A DNA stretch of 64,000 bases from Scyliorhinus canicula (taxonomy: Eukaryota): NCBI RefSeq assembly GCF_902713615.1, contig NC_052156.1, positions 41,648,776 through 41,712,775 on the forward strand, in the 5' to 3' direction. Every line of letters begins with the position of its first letter. Position 1 is the first letter of the stretch. The position numbers and the translations under genes were made by a program. The notes below the pieces were generated by a model. It did no database searches, was not told the DNA's origin, and saw only the letters and a program-made list of their open reading frames with translations. Below are positions 24,491-39,773 of this stretch, in pieces.

Positions 24491-27400
24491 ATGGCTAGTC
24501 GACGGGGGAGGGGGGCGGGACGCCCTCTGATTCAGTTGGTCACCTGGAATGCGAGAGGATTGAATGGGCCGGTGAAGCGGTCGAGGGTACTTGCCCATCT
24601 GAAGGGGCTAAAGGCAGATGTGGCAATGCTTCAAGAGACCCACCTGAAGGTGGCGGACCAGGCCCGTCTGAGGAAGGGATGGGTGGGGCAGATTTTCCGC
24701 TCTGGGTTGGATGTGAAGAACCGGGGAGTGGCGATTCTGGTGGGGAAAAATGTGTCGTTTGAGGCATCGGAGGTGGTGGCGGATAAGGGGGGTAGGTATG
24801 TTATGGTTAGGGGCAGGCTACAAGGAGAGAAGGTGGTACTTGCTAGTGTGTATGCCCCAAATTGGGACGATGCGGGCTTTATGAGGCGTATGTTGGGACG
24901 GGTCCCGGATCTGGAGGCGGGAGGTCTGATCATGGGGGGGACTTCAATACGGTGTTGGATCCTTCACTGGATCGGTCCAGTTCAAGGACGGGTAGGAGGC
25001 CGGCGGCGGCCAAGGTACTGAGAGGGTTTATGGACCAGATGGGTGGGGTGGATCCATGGAGGTTTGTGAGGCCGAGGGCACGGGAGTACTCTTTCTTCTC
25101 CCACGTACATAGGGTCTACTCTCGGATAGACTTCTTTGTGGTGAGTAGGGGACTGATTCCGAGAGTGGAGGAGGCCGAGTATTCGGCCATTGCAATCTCC
25201 GACCACGCTCCGCATTGGATGGAGTTGGAGATGGGGGGAGGTGCGGGACCAGCGCCCGTTGTGGCGGTTGGATGTGGGGTTGTTGGCGGAGGAGGAGGTG
25301 TGTAGGAGGGTCCGGGCAAGTATTGAGGGGTACCTCGAGGTGAATGATACGGGGGAGGTTCAGGTGGGGGTGGTCTGGGAAGCCTTGAAGGCAGTGATTC
25401 GTGGGGAGCTGATATCCATCCGGGCACACAGGGAGAGGAGCGAGAGGAGTGAGAGGTATAGACTGGTGGGAAAGATGCTGGAGGTAGACAGGAGGTACGC
25501 AGAGGCACCAGAGGAGGGACTGTTGGGGGAGAGGTGCAGCCTGCAGGCTAAATTTGATTTGCTGACCACTAGAAAGGCGGAGGCACAGTGGAGGAAGGCA
25601 CAAGGGGCAGTGTACGAACATGGTGAAAAGGCAAGTAGGATGCTGGCTCATCAGCTCCACAAGCGGGATGCGGCTAAGGAAATTGCTGGAGTGAGAGACA
25701 AGAGTGGGAATGTGGTGCGGAAGGGGGTAGAGGTGAATGAGGTCTTCAAGGACTTTTACGGGGAACTGTACCGGTCGGAGCCAACGGGGGAGAGGAGGGG
25801 AATGGAGAGGTTCCTCGACGGGCTTTCTTTCCCGAAGGTGCAGGAGGAGCAGGTGGAGGGGTTGGGTGTGCCGATTGAGCTGGAGGAGCTAGTTAAGGGG
25901 ATCGGGCAGATGCAGTCAGGGAAGGCACAGGGGCCGGATGGGTTCCCGGTGGAATTTTATAAAAAGTTTGTGGACCTAGTGGGCCCCTTGCTGGTGCGGA
26001 CACTTAATGAAGCGTGGGAAGGGGAGACTTTGCCCCCGACGATGTCGCGGGCGCTGATCTCGTTAATTTTAAAGAGGGACAAGGACCCCCAGCAGTGTGG
26101 TTCATACAGGCCCATATCTCTCCTCAACGTAGATGCCAAGGTGCTGGCAAAAATCCTGGCCACCAGGATAGAGGACTGCGTGCCAGGGGTTGTGCACGAG
26201 GACCAGACAGGTTTTGTGAAGGGAAGGCAGCTGAACACGAATGTGCGGAGATTGTTGAATGTCATCATGATGCCGGCGATTGAGGGGGAGGCAGAGATAG
26301 TGGTGGCGCTGGATGCGGAGAAGGCCTTCGATAGAGTGGAGTGGGGGTACTTATGGGATGTGTTGGGAAGGTTTGGATTTGGTGAAGGGTTCATTAGATG
26401 GGTATGGCTGCTATATGAGGCCCCGATGGTGTGCGTGGCCACGAATGGGAGTAGGTCGGAGTACTTCCGGCTTTACCGAGGGACCAGGCAGGGTTGCCCC
26501 CTGTCCCCCTGGTTGTTTGCACTGGCAATCGAGCCGCTGGCGATGGCGTTGAGGGATTCAGAGAGGTGGAGAGGTTTGGTGCGAGGTGGGGAGGAACATA
26601 TGGTGTCGTTGTATGCCGATGACCTGTTACTGTATGTGGCGGACCCGGTGGGAGGGATGCCGGGGGTGATGGAGCTGCTAGCTGAGTTTGGGACCTTTTC
26701 AGGTTATAAACTAAATTTAGGCAAGAGTGAGGTGTTTGTGGTGCACCCTGGAGACCAGGAGGAAGGAATTGGTAGGTTCCCGCTTAGGGGAGCTGGGGAG
26801 AGCTTTAGGTACATGGGGGTGCAGGTGGCCAGGGACTGGGGGACTCTTCACAAACATAGTTTCACCAGACTTGTAGATCAGATGGAGGAGGAGTTCAAGA
26901 GGTGGGACATGCTGCCATTGTCGTTGGCGGGGAGGGTGCAGTCCGTCAAAATGACGGTACTTCCGAGGTTCTTGTTCCTCTTTCAGTGCCTGCCCATCTT
27001 TATCCCCAGGGCCTTCTTTAGGAGAGTGACTAGCAGTATTTTGAGCTTTGTGTGGGCACATGGGACTCCGAGAGCGAAGAGGGTGTTCCTGGAGCGAGGG
27101 AGGGACAGAGGCGGGCTGGCGCTGCCCAACCTTCTGGGGTACTATTGGGCGGCCAATGTGTCAATGGTGCGTAAATGGGTGATGGAAGGGGGAGGGGCGG
27201 CGTGGAAAAGAATGGAGATGGCATCATGTAGAGGTACGAGCCTGGGTGCCATGGTAACGGCGCCGTTGCCGCTCTCCCCTAAGAGGTTTAACACGAGCCC
27301 GGTGGTGGCGGCGACCCTAAGAATCTGGGGACAGTGGAGACGGCATAGGGGGGAAACAGGGGGCTCGATGGAGGCTCCAGTGGGTGGCAATCATCGGTTC

Positions 27401-28281
27401 ATCCCAGGGAACAGGGATGGGAGATTTAGGGGGTGGCAAAGGGTGGGCATCAGTAAATTGAGGGACCTATTTGTTGGCGGGAGGTTTGCGGGCCTGGGGG
27501 AACTGGAAGATAAATTTGGGCTTCCCCAAGGGAACATGTTCAGATACTTGCAGGTAAAGGCGTTTGCTCGGCGACAGGTAAAGGGATTCCCTTTGCTGCC
27601 CTCGCGGGGGACGATGGACAGAGTGCTTTCGGGGGTGTGGGTCGGAGAGGGGAAGGTGTCTGACATCTATAAGGTAATGCAGGAGGTGGAGGAGTCGTCA
27701 GTGGTGGAGCTGAAGGCTAAATTGGAGGAGGAACTCGGGGAGCAGATAGAGGACGGGACTTGGGCGGATGCCTTGGAGTCAACTCTTCCTCCTCATGTGC
27801 GAGGCTTAGTCTCATCCAATTTAAGGTGCTGCACCGGGCCCACATGTCCGGGACTAGGATGAGTAGGTTCTTTGGGGGTGAGGACAGGTGCACCAAATGT
27901 TTGGGGAGTCCAGCGAACCACGCCCATATGTTCTGGGCATGCCCAGCACTGGAAGAATTCTGGAAGGGGGTGGCGGGGATGGTGTCGAGGGTGGTTGGAT
28001 CCAGGGTCAAACCAGGGTGGGGACTCGCAATTTTTGGAGTTGTGGTAGAGCCGGGAGTGCAGGAGGCGAAAGAGGCCGGTGTCCTGGCCTTTGCGTCCCT
28101 AGTAGCCCGGCGAAGGATCTTGCTGCAGTGGAAGGATGCGAGGCCCCCAAGTGTGGAGACCTGGATCAGTGACATGGCGGGATTTATAAAATTGGAAAGG
28201 GTCAAATTTGCCCTGAGAGGATCAATACAAGGGTTCTATAAACGATGGCAGCCTTTTCTGGACTTCCTGGCTCCAAGATAG
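24491..28281 (+). pseudogene. L1 ORF2p (APE endonuclease + RT), about 3 frameshifts
   Basis: TWNARGL, LQETH, YAPN, GGDFN, SRIDF, SDH; GPDG, YRPISLLN, LDAEKAFD, GTRQGCPLSP, YADD; frame breaks ~24940, ~25235, ~27775. Confidence 0.92.
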
Positions 28282-29599
28282 GTATCTTGGTCAATAGCAG
28301 CAGCAACCCGGGGAGGGGGGGGCGTTCCTTATTGTTGTTTCTATTATGTAACTTAATATTGTGTTAATTTGCGTAGTTGTTAATATGCTGTGTTATTCAT
28401 GGAGATGGGGGTGAATGTTTATGATTGCTATTATTATTAGTTTTGGTATTTTATGGTTCGTTGTTGTTGTATAAATTCAAAATTTTTCAATAAAAATTAT
28501 TTTTAAAAAAAAGATAGGAGTAAAATAAAATTATTGAACCATTTCTTGATCAGCATTGAACTCTATATCCACCCCGTTACTGAGCTTATTTTAGCATCAG
28601 TTCACAGCTTCCTCACAACCTCTTCTGAACGAGGACAAGAGCCAATTTGAGGTGCACTTGTGTTTCTATTTCTTTCCCGACATAATTTATGACCTGTACT
28701 CGTATTTCCAACTCATGTGCATACGGAGTTTATCAGCAGATTATCCAATCTTAAATTTACTCCCAATTTAAAATACTCATTTATGTATTTTGTTGTCACT
28801 AGTAATGCCAGTGTTGATTGATCATCCAGTGCAGTTGGATAGGGTGTTCCAGGAATTTGATCCAGCTACGATGCAGAAATGGCAATATATTTCCAAATCA
28901 GATCGGCTGTGATGAGAACTCGGGTACTACGCACCGGTCGCATGGGTGGTAGGTGTTATGAAAGAAGCCTTGGTGGGTTGCTGCACTGCATAGTGTAGGT
29001 GACACACACTGCAATTACAGTATACAATGGAACGAGTGAATGTTTAAGGTGGTGTCAATGAAGTGGCAGATTTGTCCTGGATTGGGTTCAGCTTGAACGT
29101 TGTGGATGCTGCATTCATGAGTTGAAAATATTCTTACTCTTGACTTGAGCCTTTTAGATTTTGGAAAGGCTTTGGAAGATCAGTGGGTGAATCACCCAGT
29201 GAAGAATACAATCTCTGGACCTGTTTGTGTAGCTGTGATTTGGATATTGACAGTGGAAGATTCAGTGAGAGAAATGTTGTTTAATGTCATTGGGAGATAG
29301 TACTCTTATTGGATATTGTCACTATCTGGCACTGGTGGTGCAGATTTACTTACCATTATCAGCCAAAGCCTGAATGCTGTCCCGTTCAGGCGGCACGTGG
29401 GAATGGACTGCTTCATTATTTAACGAGTTGAGTGAAGATGAAAATTCTAAGCATCAGTGAGCATCCCCATTTCTAACCTTGTGATGGAGGGAAGGCCATT
29501 GATGCAGATGAGCATGGTTTAGCATAAGACACTCCCATGAGGAACTCCTGCAGAGGTAACATGGGGCTGAAATGATTGATTGGCCTCCAGCAAACAGCC

Positions 29600-30440
29600 A
29601 TCTTCCTTGACCTATCTCCATTTCCAGCGAGACTGATCGATATTCATTATGACCCTCACAGCTACTTTGGCTACGTCACCTCAAACTCCACTTCCAGTGA
29701 GGACTTTATCACATTATCCCAGTTTCTCTGCCTCCTTCTGAAATGGTGCTTCTGACATTTCTGCCTTTTTTCATAACTAGTCCCCAGCCCCCAGCAGTGA
29801 CTGACAGGACTCAACCAGGTTCAACCCATAACCCCTACATGATAGTCCCCCTTATCCTCACATTCCACTCCACCAGCCTTTGCATTCAAAGGACGATCCA
29901 CTGCCATCGCCACCAACTGCAGCACGAGTCCACCACTCAACACCCTCTCATACCATTCTCTCTTCTGCACTCCCCCCCCCCCCCCCCCCCCCCCTCCCAA
30001 AACCCAGTCAACACTCCAGTGACCATTCCTCCAAGTCCAACGCCCAACCCAAAGCACTTTCCTCTGCAATTGCAGATCTGCAACATCTGCCCCGTTACCT
30101 CCTCACCATTCAAGACCCCAAATACACCTTTCAGGTTAAACAGCATTTCCTTCAATGTGGTCTACTGTTTTCACTGCTCCCAATGCGGTCTTCTCTACAT
30201 TGGAGAACCTAAATGCAAACTAGGTCACCGCTTTGCAGAACACCTTCACTCAGTCCTCAAGTATGACCCCAACCTTTGTTTGCTTGCCATTTTACCTCAG
30301 CATCTTGCTCTAATGCCCACAAGTCTGCCGTTGGCCTGTTGCAATGCTGTGAAGCTCGGTGCAAGCTGGAGGAGCAGCATCTTCTGATTAGGCACATTAC
30401 AGCCCTCATGACTCAACAAGAGTTCAACAACTTTAAACTG
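29600..30440 (+). mobile_element. Penelope-like element fragment (GIY-YIG endonuclease)
   Basis: SFNVVYCFHCSQCGLLYIGEPKCKLGHRFAEH. Confidence 0.8.
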
Positions 30441-31008
30441 ACCTTTTTCCTCCACCTTCAACCCTTTTGAAAAATAATCCATACATTTATTTTCTGCATT
30501 CTGATTTCATATTCCAGCATCCGCAATATTTTCCCCACCTTCCTTTCTGCTCGGCCTGACTAAACAATAGTTTCTCCAAATTCCACTGACTCAATGTTAT
30601 TCTGCCAAATGCTTGATATAAAAATACATGTTCATCTCAGCACCATAACTGAAAACAGAAGCAAAATGCAGTACCAAGATGCAAGGATTATCAATTCAAT
30701 GCAGGTCAGATGTGCACCCCCCCCCCCTTACCCACCCACAGAAAACAATGATTGTTGGACTCTTCCAAACATACCTCAAGCCAGTTCAATGATCTTGTTT
30801 GTTTACCCAGAGGAAAATAATACAGAACTCTTAAATGTCAAAACCTGGAATACACATACATTCTCAAGATTCTTTCCATTCTCAAAATTCTTTCCATTCA
30901 GTCTTAAAATTTTGCAGATAAAAAGGATTCAACACAAGGACGTTTCAGCTTTGTCAAATATCTATTTGAAATGTTTATTTTCCATCTTTGTTAATAAAAC
31001 TGAAACGG

Positions 31009-31155
<147 letters not shown>

Positions 31156-34100
31156 CTAAAAGATGAGAAATTTTGGCAATCAGTGAAATTGCTCAGAGCA
31201 CTTACAAACTAGAAATCATCCACTCTATAACTAATATGGGAAAAGATTATCAAATGTTGTTACATTAATGCTATTTACTGCATCAACTTTGTTTCCTTTC
31301 ATTTCCCATGAAAAGCACCAATATGGATTGGGGAACGATTTTAAATTGTGCACTTCATCAAGAGTGCAACTTTTTTGTGTTGGCATATCTTAAACTGTGG
31401 CTGCAGAGGTATTTAAGTTTTCTGAAGTATATCTGACTTTAAAAAAACGGCAAGATGAGCATCACATGGAAACTAATTAGAATGGGATTCAATTCCAAAG
31501 TCAGGTCTAAATCATTAGCAATCAACTGATCAAACTCAGCAGAAGTGTAAGGCGGGCAACAAGTGGGTGGGTATGGAACAGCACCATATTTCAATTAAGC
31601 ATTTTGAATTTGGAAACCATTACTCCATTGCACCAAACAGGACATTTTTGCCACTGATTTCTTTGAGTGTAGGTGGAAGCGGAAGCAAGAATATGAACAG
31701 GAAATAAAAGAATACAGTCAGACAGCTACAACTTGACAAACAAAACAAAAAGAGAAAAAAAAATCAATAACATCCAAGAGCACAAATCTAATTTGGCAGC
31801 AAGCAGAAATTCTGTAGATATGTCAGGGCCATGAGGCAAATTGTGTACACACTTCAAGTCTATTCAAATGTTCTGAGTTATTAGACAGCCTTGTGCACTG
31901 CCCTCCGCTATTAATAGTTACCTTTTTTTCCAATGTGTGATCAGAATTAAACTGAAACTGGTAGAAAGGATGGTGGAATTATACAGGAACAAGTTACCCC
32001 ATGCCATTATTAAATGTCTGCCAAATTGAATTTTTGTTTCTATATCAGATGTTCTAACTTCCCCATTCTACCTACAACCAACACCAATGAAAACAGATTG
32101 TCATTTTCTGTGTGCAAATTGACTGCTGCACTTACAACGCAAGCACTATTAACTATTAGGTAGTTAAGTGTTTTGGACTGGCACAGGTCATAAAGTGCTA
32201 CTACAAATGGAAATTAATTATTTGCATTTCTGCTCAGTGATAATAATGGGTACTAAAGTGGACACAAAGTAAACTAGAAACTAAGTCTTTACTGATCTGC
32301 TTTACATATGCCATCCCTAATTTACCCATTCCAGGCAGGTATTGAGGCATTGGCCAGATTGCAAGCTAACAATGACAGCAAAATGATCAGTGTTCACTCA
32401 TCACTCGTCATAAATGTCTCTTCTGGAATCCACACATGCTGATAAATGTTAAAATCTAAAACTTGCCATCAGTGAAGCTACACTTCTGGAGAACATGAAT
32501 TGCTGAACCACCTCACTGGCCCTGGAAAATGCTAAATTGCTCTATAAATTTTTAATCAAATTTTGTATGTTTTATATTTAGTTTCAACCCAATTCCAATT
32601 ATACCCCAAACATTTATTTTCCTATTCATAAAAGTAAAAAGTTAAATGAAGGAATTCAAAGCTTTTTCACTTCCTGGTTTGTTGTGAGGATACTTCAATG
32701 TAATTGGGTGCTTATTGTGCTTAACGACATCACTGCTCTGGATGCTTAAAGGAGAGCCCTTTGACTTGGTGCCAAATTCAAATGAACAATGGGAAAGACG
32801 AAATCCATGCCAGAGTGTGCTAGATCTTTGCATGTTTCTTCAAATTCAGTGATGAATTCTGTTGCTTCACCGCGATGGAAATTCAGCCTAATTTTCTTTA
32901 GCACCATCATCCAGATAAATTACAATAGAAAATAATGTTATTGAAAACATTTTTATGTTTCAGCAACAAATACTGGGAATGCTGGAAAGCTGAAACAAAA
33001 ATAAAAAATACTGGAAAATCTCAGGAGAGAAGCAAGGGTTCACGTTTGAGTCCAATATGTGTCTTCTTTAGAACCAAGGAAACATTAAACTTTTATAACC
33101 CGCACAAGACAAACGAGGTCGGACCAATTAAGTCTCCTTATGAGTCTCATTGAGGACAGGCTTCCCCACAAAGTGGCGGGGGCCCCATCAACAGAGGTGT
33201 GGACACGATGTATAAAAACTCGGCCCAAGTGGGAGCAGATGTCCCAACTGGGACCTGTTCACAACATGTAGTTACTGCAAAAAATAACATGTTTCTTTAA
33301 GCCTTCAGTGTGGAGTCCTCTGTGGACACAATAGAAACATTACTCTATTTCTCGGTCTACAGGTGCTGCTAGATCTGCTGCGTTTTTCCAAACTTGTTTA
33401 CATTTCTTAATTTCTCTATACACTACACCTCCAGTAATTTATGAACTTACTTGCTTATCTGGATTTTGGGAAGGGGCTGAGGGGAGAATACCAGATTTTT
33501 GAATGACTATCAGAAGACAACCAACACTTTAAAATCATTCGGTGGGATGTAGCATCATTGGCAAGAATGGTATTTATTGTTCAATGTTGGTTGCCACTGA
33601 GAAGCTGATGGTGTCAAAGCAGTCCAGATGCTCTCACAGTGCTTTAGGATAGGACTTTCCAGGATTTTGATCCAAATATGTTGAAACAAGAGAAGAAATG
33701 TCCAAGGTAGGACGGTGCATGACTTGGTAGAGAAACGGGAAGTGATGGAAGTCCCCAATTGCTGCCCTTGCGCTTCAAAGCAGTGGAAATTAGAGGTTTG
33801 GGGGCTGCTGTCATGTGTTGGTGATTTCCTGAAGGGCATCCTGTAGATGGTGCATTCTGCAGTCATAATGCATGTGATGGTCTCTTAATCAAGTACACTT
33901 TTTTTTGACTGGTGTTGAGATTCACAATGCAACGGTATTCCTTTGCACCTGTGCCTTGAAGATGTTTGTGAGTCTTTATTCTTTTATTTTTATCAATTTA
34001 GAGTATCCAATTATTTTCTTTTCCCAATTAAGGGCAATTTAGAATGGCCAATCCACCTACCCTGCACATCTTTGGGTTGTGGGGATGAGACCCACTCAGA

Positions 34101-35932
34101 CACAGGGAAAATGTGCAAACGCCACATGGATATGCTAACCACTGCGCCACCCACGAGCAGGTCTTTAGTGTCAGATGAGCCATGTGCTGCAAAACACCCA
34201 GCCTCTCATATACTCTCTCACCCACAGCATTTTTATGGCTATGCCAGTCAGTTTCTGGGCAATGATGACCTGTCATGGTGAGATCATCCAATCTTGAATC
34301 CCCACAGTGTAGGAGGCCATTCGGCCCATCGAGTCTGCACATGCACTTGGAAAGAGCACCATACTTAAGCCCATGCCTCCCCATAACCCAGTTACCCTAC
34401 CTAACCTTTTGGACACTAAGGGGCAATTTAGCATGGCCAATCCACCTAACCTGCACTTCTTTGGTCTGTGGGAGGAAACCGGAGCACCTGGAGGAAATCC
34501 ACGCAAACATGAGGAGAAAGTGCAAACTCCACAGTCGCCCAAATCCAGAATTTAACCCAGGTCCCTGTGCCATCGTGCCGCCAATGACAAAGGGGATTGG
34601 TTAGTTGGAAATCGTAACTGCAAAGCACTTTTATATCTCAAATGTTACCTGCAATTAATCAGTCCAAATTTGTATGTTGTCTAGATCATGTGGCATGCAG
34701 GAATGAATTGATTAAATTATGATTTGTAAACAGGGTGGTGAATACTGCAGTTCATTCATCGAATTTATAGTGCAGAAGGAGGCCATTTGGCCCATCGAGT
34801 CTGCACCGGCCCTTACAAAGAGCTCCCTACTCAAGCCCACTGATCTACCCTATCGCCGCAACCCACCGTTTTTTTGGACACTAAGGGCAATTTAGTATGG
34901 CCAATCCACCTAACCCGCACATCTTTGGACTGTGGGACGAAACCCACGCAGACACGGGGAGAACATGCAGACTCCGCACAGACAGTGACCCAGCTGGTAA
35001 TCAAACCTGGGACCCTGAAGCTGTGAAGCAATTGTGCTAGCCACTATGCTACCAAAAAACCTCCACTGCTGCCTCGTAATTAAAAAAGGTAATTGACGAA
35101 GCAACTAAAGATAGTGCAGCCCAAGATGCTGCCCTGAAAAACTCCTGCAGCAATTGATCTCCAGGAACAATCTTCCTTAAGGTAGGAGGAAGTCAGAGGC
35201 TCTCTCTCCCCCGATCCCCACTAATTTCAGGTTGTACAAATGATGGTCCTTTGTTTATAAATAATGTGGGAAAAAGTTGTGAAGTATCATATATAGGAGA
35301 AAGCCTAAAAAAGTGTTTAAATAGACAAAAGGAAAATACAGTGAACTTTCAAACTATTTCACTGTAAGATCCCATTGTTTACCCTGTATTCCAAGATGTT
35401 GCAATTTTTTTACCCATGCCAGTTTTAAAAAATGTTCAATTAGTCTGAACAAAACTGAAAGACCCATTTTATGCCATTATATTCGCAGCGGTTACAAAAT
35501 GCTATAAATATGGTAGCACAGTCCAAATTAAAAATGGTTGATCTAATTCTACTACTAATACAAGTGAGAGCAGCATACAACATAGGGTAGCACAATAGTA
35601 GTGGTTAGCATGTTGCTTCACAGCGCCAGGTTCTCCCCCTGTCTGCGTAGGTTTCCTCCGGGTGCTCTGGCTTCCTCCCACAAGACGCGTTGTCAGGTGA
35701 TTGGACATTCTGAATTCTCGTGCTGTCAGGTGAATTGGACATTCTGAATTCTCCCTCTGTGTACCCGAACAGGCGCCGACTAGGATATTTTCACAGTACC
35801 TTAATTGTGGTGTTAGTGTAAGCCTACTTGTGACAATAATAAAGATTATTTATTTATTATAAAACGCTATCATATACATTCACAGCATTAGTAACAATGC
35901 TGCAGTGTAATCCTAAAAATGTGATTGCTTAC

Positions 35933-36053
35933 CTCAATGAAATTCAAGCAACCATCATTTGGAACAAAAGCCGTGATTTTCTTGCCATTCTTAATAAGCT
36001 GGACTCGGACACACTTTCTGATGGCCGAATTGGGCTGCTTAGCCTCAACACCA
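35933..36053 (-). CDS. RPS23: RPS23 exon 3
   Basis: ag|..[40 protein letters not shown]|gtaagc; 121 bp. Confidence 0.98.
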
Positions 36054-36378
36054 CTGTATCAAAAAGAAGATTTAATAATTTCACATATTTCTGAACTCTA
36101 ACTGGTAAACTGAATTTCTCCCCACTCAAACTGATGATACAACCAGGGACATTTTGCAAACTTAAAGTGAGCATTAATATTTTTCAAGAAGGAAGAATGC
36201 ATCAGCAGTTTAATTCCAGTCACAATTGTTCATGTAGTCAGTTATCAGCCATGTCTTCAAAATCACATACCAGTGGCAATGTACCTGCCTCATGAGAGTG
36301 ACTAACGCAGCCAGTTATCCGAGGCCATTTTAAGCCCCTTTTTAAAAAATTGAAGTAAGCAAACTCCTTAGTTACTTA

Positions 36379-36654
<276 letters not shown>

Positions 36655-37748
36655 TCATCCAGCATAACGTGGGCAGCACAGTAGCTAGCACAACAACTTC
36701 ACAGTTCCAGGGTCCCAGGTTCAATTGACGGCTTGGAGTCTGCATGTTCTCCCCATGAGCGCGTGAGTTTCCTCCCAGTCCAAAGATGTGGTTAGGTGGA
36801 TTGGTCATGGTAAATTGCCCTTAGTGTCCAAAATAGCCTCTAGTGTTGGGTCGGGTTACTGCGTTATGGGGATAGGGTGGTTTGGGCTTGGGCAGGGTGC
36901 TCTTTCAGAGGGCCGATGCAGACTCAATGGGCTGAATGGCCTCCTTCTGCACTGTAAATTCTATAACTAATGAACTAAATTTCTTGCAGTATAAATTACC
37001 TGGGACCCTGGAGCTGTGAAGTAATTGTGATTTGTTGATCACGGTGGCACAGCACTGCTGCCTCACAGCACCAAGGACTTGGGTTCGGTCCCTGCTCACT
37101 GTCCATGTGGAGTTTGCACACTCTCCCCATGTCTCATAGATTTCATAGAATTTGCAGTGCAGAAGGAGGCCATTTGGCCCATCAAGTCTGCACCGGCTCT
37201 TGGAAAGTGCAGCCTACCCAAGCCCACACCTCCACCTATCCCCATAACCCAATCCAACACTAAGGGCAATTTTGGACATCAAGGGCAATTTAGCATGGCC
37301 AATCCACCTAACCTGCCCATCTTTCGACTGTGGGAGGAAACCCACGCATATAGACTCCCCACAGTGACCCAAGGCAGGAATCGAACCTGGGACCCTGGAG
37401 CTGTGAAGTAATTGTGCAAACCACTATGCTACCATCTGTGCAAGTCTCACCCCCACAACCCAAAAAGATGTGAATTGGCCACACAAAATTGACCCTTAAT
37501 TGGAGAAAAAAATAGAAGAATTGGATACTCGAAATTGTAAAAAAAAAAATCACATCACCAAACTGCTCAGATCAGCACCGTGCATACGTGTCAGTATTGA
37601 ATTTAATTTGAAGGACACATTCGATAAAATATATTCGTGCTAATACAGTGCTGCACAGAAATTACAGTCCCCAATGTGCGATCATTTTTGCCTCGAGCAC
37701 TTCCTCCGATGTCTTCCAAGAAATAATCCTTCTCAGTTTTTAAAGTGG

Positions 37749-37779
<31 letters not shown>

Positions 37780-38087
37780 AGATCTACAGGTGAAAAAGAG
37801 GTGTTGGGATTTTCTCACCCGGGGAGATTTTTAATGGGTTTAAGTTTTGAACCAAACCGGAGGCAGAGCGAGCGCCTGAACCAGGCCCTGGGCCTAAAGC
37901 CTCGAGTCAGGGCGCCGCAGCGTGGCGGCTGCTTGTCCGATTAAAATCCGCATCAGATGGGCCGCCGGAGCCCCGTCTTCGGAGGCGAGCTGCACAGACA
38001 GCGTGTGGCAGTTCGAAAGGAGGGCTGGCTGGGCGGGTGGGAGACGAGCCCCGCCGCGCTGCTTTCCTCTCCCTCGGCCTCACTCAC

Positions 38088-38091
38088 CCAT
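38088..38091 (-). CDS. RPS23: RPS23 exon 1 coding part (ATG G)
   Basis: ATGG|GTGAGT in a CpG island; 4+160+121+147 = 432 nt = 143 aa + stop. Confidence 0.9.
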
Positions 38092-38560
38092 GATCACAGA
38101 CTCGGCCTCGCAGCAAAAAGACCGGAGCTGCCCTGCGCCGCTCCTATTACTGAGCGCTAGGACCCCTCTCCCCAGCAACAGGCGACTCCCTACCGCCTGT
38201 CGTAAAACACTGCCTTCCCCCCCACCCCAAAAAAAACACCTTCCACGAATGCCTACCCCAAAAGCCTGAGAGCAAACAAGCTCCTCGTTCGGGAAATAAA
38301 TTATTCTCGCTGAAATCGTGCTTTTTCACCGTGTGAATGTGTTTATTCCAGAGCGCCCGCCCTCCGCTGGCCCTGGTTGGCCCCCTCGGCAGGAGGCCGC
38401 CGTTGATTGGCGGGCCCCGCTGTCAATCACACGGATCTGACTCTCGAGTTGTCTCTTGAAGCCGGCGTTCGGTTTTGGAACGTCGCGCGACTGGGAGATT
38501 CTGCTCCCCATTCATTCAATGGCAGGCCACCAGATACGGGGCTTGATAATGTCCCTCCTC
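38092..38560 (-). promoter_or_regulatory. RPS23 5' UTR with TCT/5'TOP start (~38120) and CpG-island promoter
   Basis: Pyrimidine start GGTCTTTTTG about 30 nt upstream of the ATG; GC-rich island. Confidence 0.75.
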
Positions 38561-39773
38561 ATTAGGCCGATAGCACCGTGCCTGTTATAATGTCGTCCTC
38601 GGCAAAGTGAGTGAAAGGTTCTCAAGCTGCACATTGTTTAACTTCAGTGAGATGTTTAAGTGAAATGCATTCGGAATATGTCTCTCCAAGCAAGTTGTGC
38701 AACGTTACAATAGATGGGATGCAAGGCATTTTTTAAAAATCCAATGTTCAAACTCAATTTTCCGGGGATAAAGCTGTGATGCTATTTTCAGACCTGGGTG
38801 CCCTCGGGAGTGCATTTTGTGCTAAATCAGTTCCATGATTTCTGACCCAATGCCCCTTCCTTCATCTTGATCACATTCTCCATCAACAATCATCTAGCAA
38901 CACGCGAATAAATATCTCGATAAATATCTTGAGCAGTAGTGCACTGCTTTAAAAGGCAAACAACACCGTGTAAAACTTATGCGCTTTCAGCAGTTATACC
39001 TGAAGACATAATTATTCAAAAATAATTAATCCATTGCTTTCTTTGCTGTGCAATACTTGACGTTCCACATCCTATTGTAAACGCACTGCTATTATTAGTG
39101 TGGGGGGAGGGGTCAGTCGTTCATTGTATTGTTTGAGAAGTTTGTAAAAAGGTAAACCAGCTTTGTGATTCGCCGTAAATGTTGAAAGGATGCGAAAACA
39201 ATCGGCCTCTGCTTTACTGAGTTGAGGAGGGTGCAGATTGGGATTTGAGAGTTTATGACTAGAAGTTTCTAGTCCTCTGATTTCGACCAACACAATTGCT
39301 GCTCCCTGATGTGACCATCAATTCACTAGAGACACGATTGGAAGTAAACTGTGGTTTTAATAGTCTTACAACTGAGCCTGCCTGCGACCAGAGGAACTGA
39401 GAGCAGGCTTACGGCTGCAGCACTTTATACTTCCGGTAGTGAGAGGGGCCATGGGCTGAGCCAAGGGTGGAGCCCTGTACAAGCTCCTCATCTCCCCCTA
39501 TGGGCAGAGCCGTTGCATACAGAGCCCACAAGGACATAATACAATGCAATGCAATACTGTGTGAATTACAATGCAGTATAATTCACCACATTCACCCCCT
39601 GTAAAAAACATCAAGTCCGGCGGGGGTGACGGGTCTACAAGTTGAGCCGGTCCGGTGGCCGAGTCACCTTTGGGATCGGCGGAGCACCGGGGTTGCAGCC
39701 TCTTCGAGTGGCTGGGTGGTGACGATCGGTGTGGGTATGAGGGCGGTCTCCGGGGGGTGTTTCGGTCCGAGCT

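Larger units (their letters stand above)
22851..28512 (+). mobile_element. Full-length L1-clade LINE
   Basis: 5' UTR, ORF1, inter-ORF spacer, EN-RT-CCHC ORF2, AATAAA ~28489 and A tail; TSD GATAGGAGT at 22842-22850 and 28513-28521. Confidence 0.95.
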
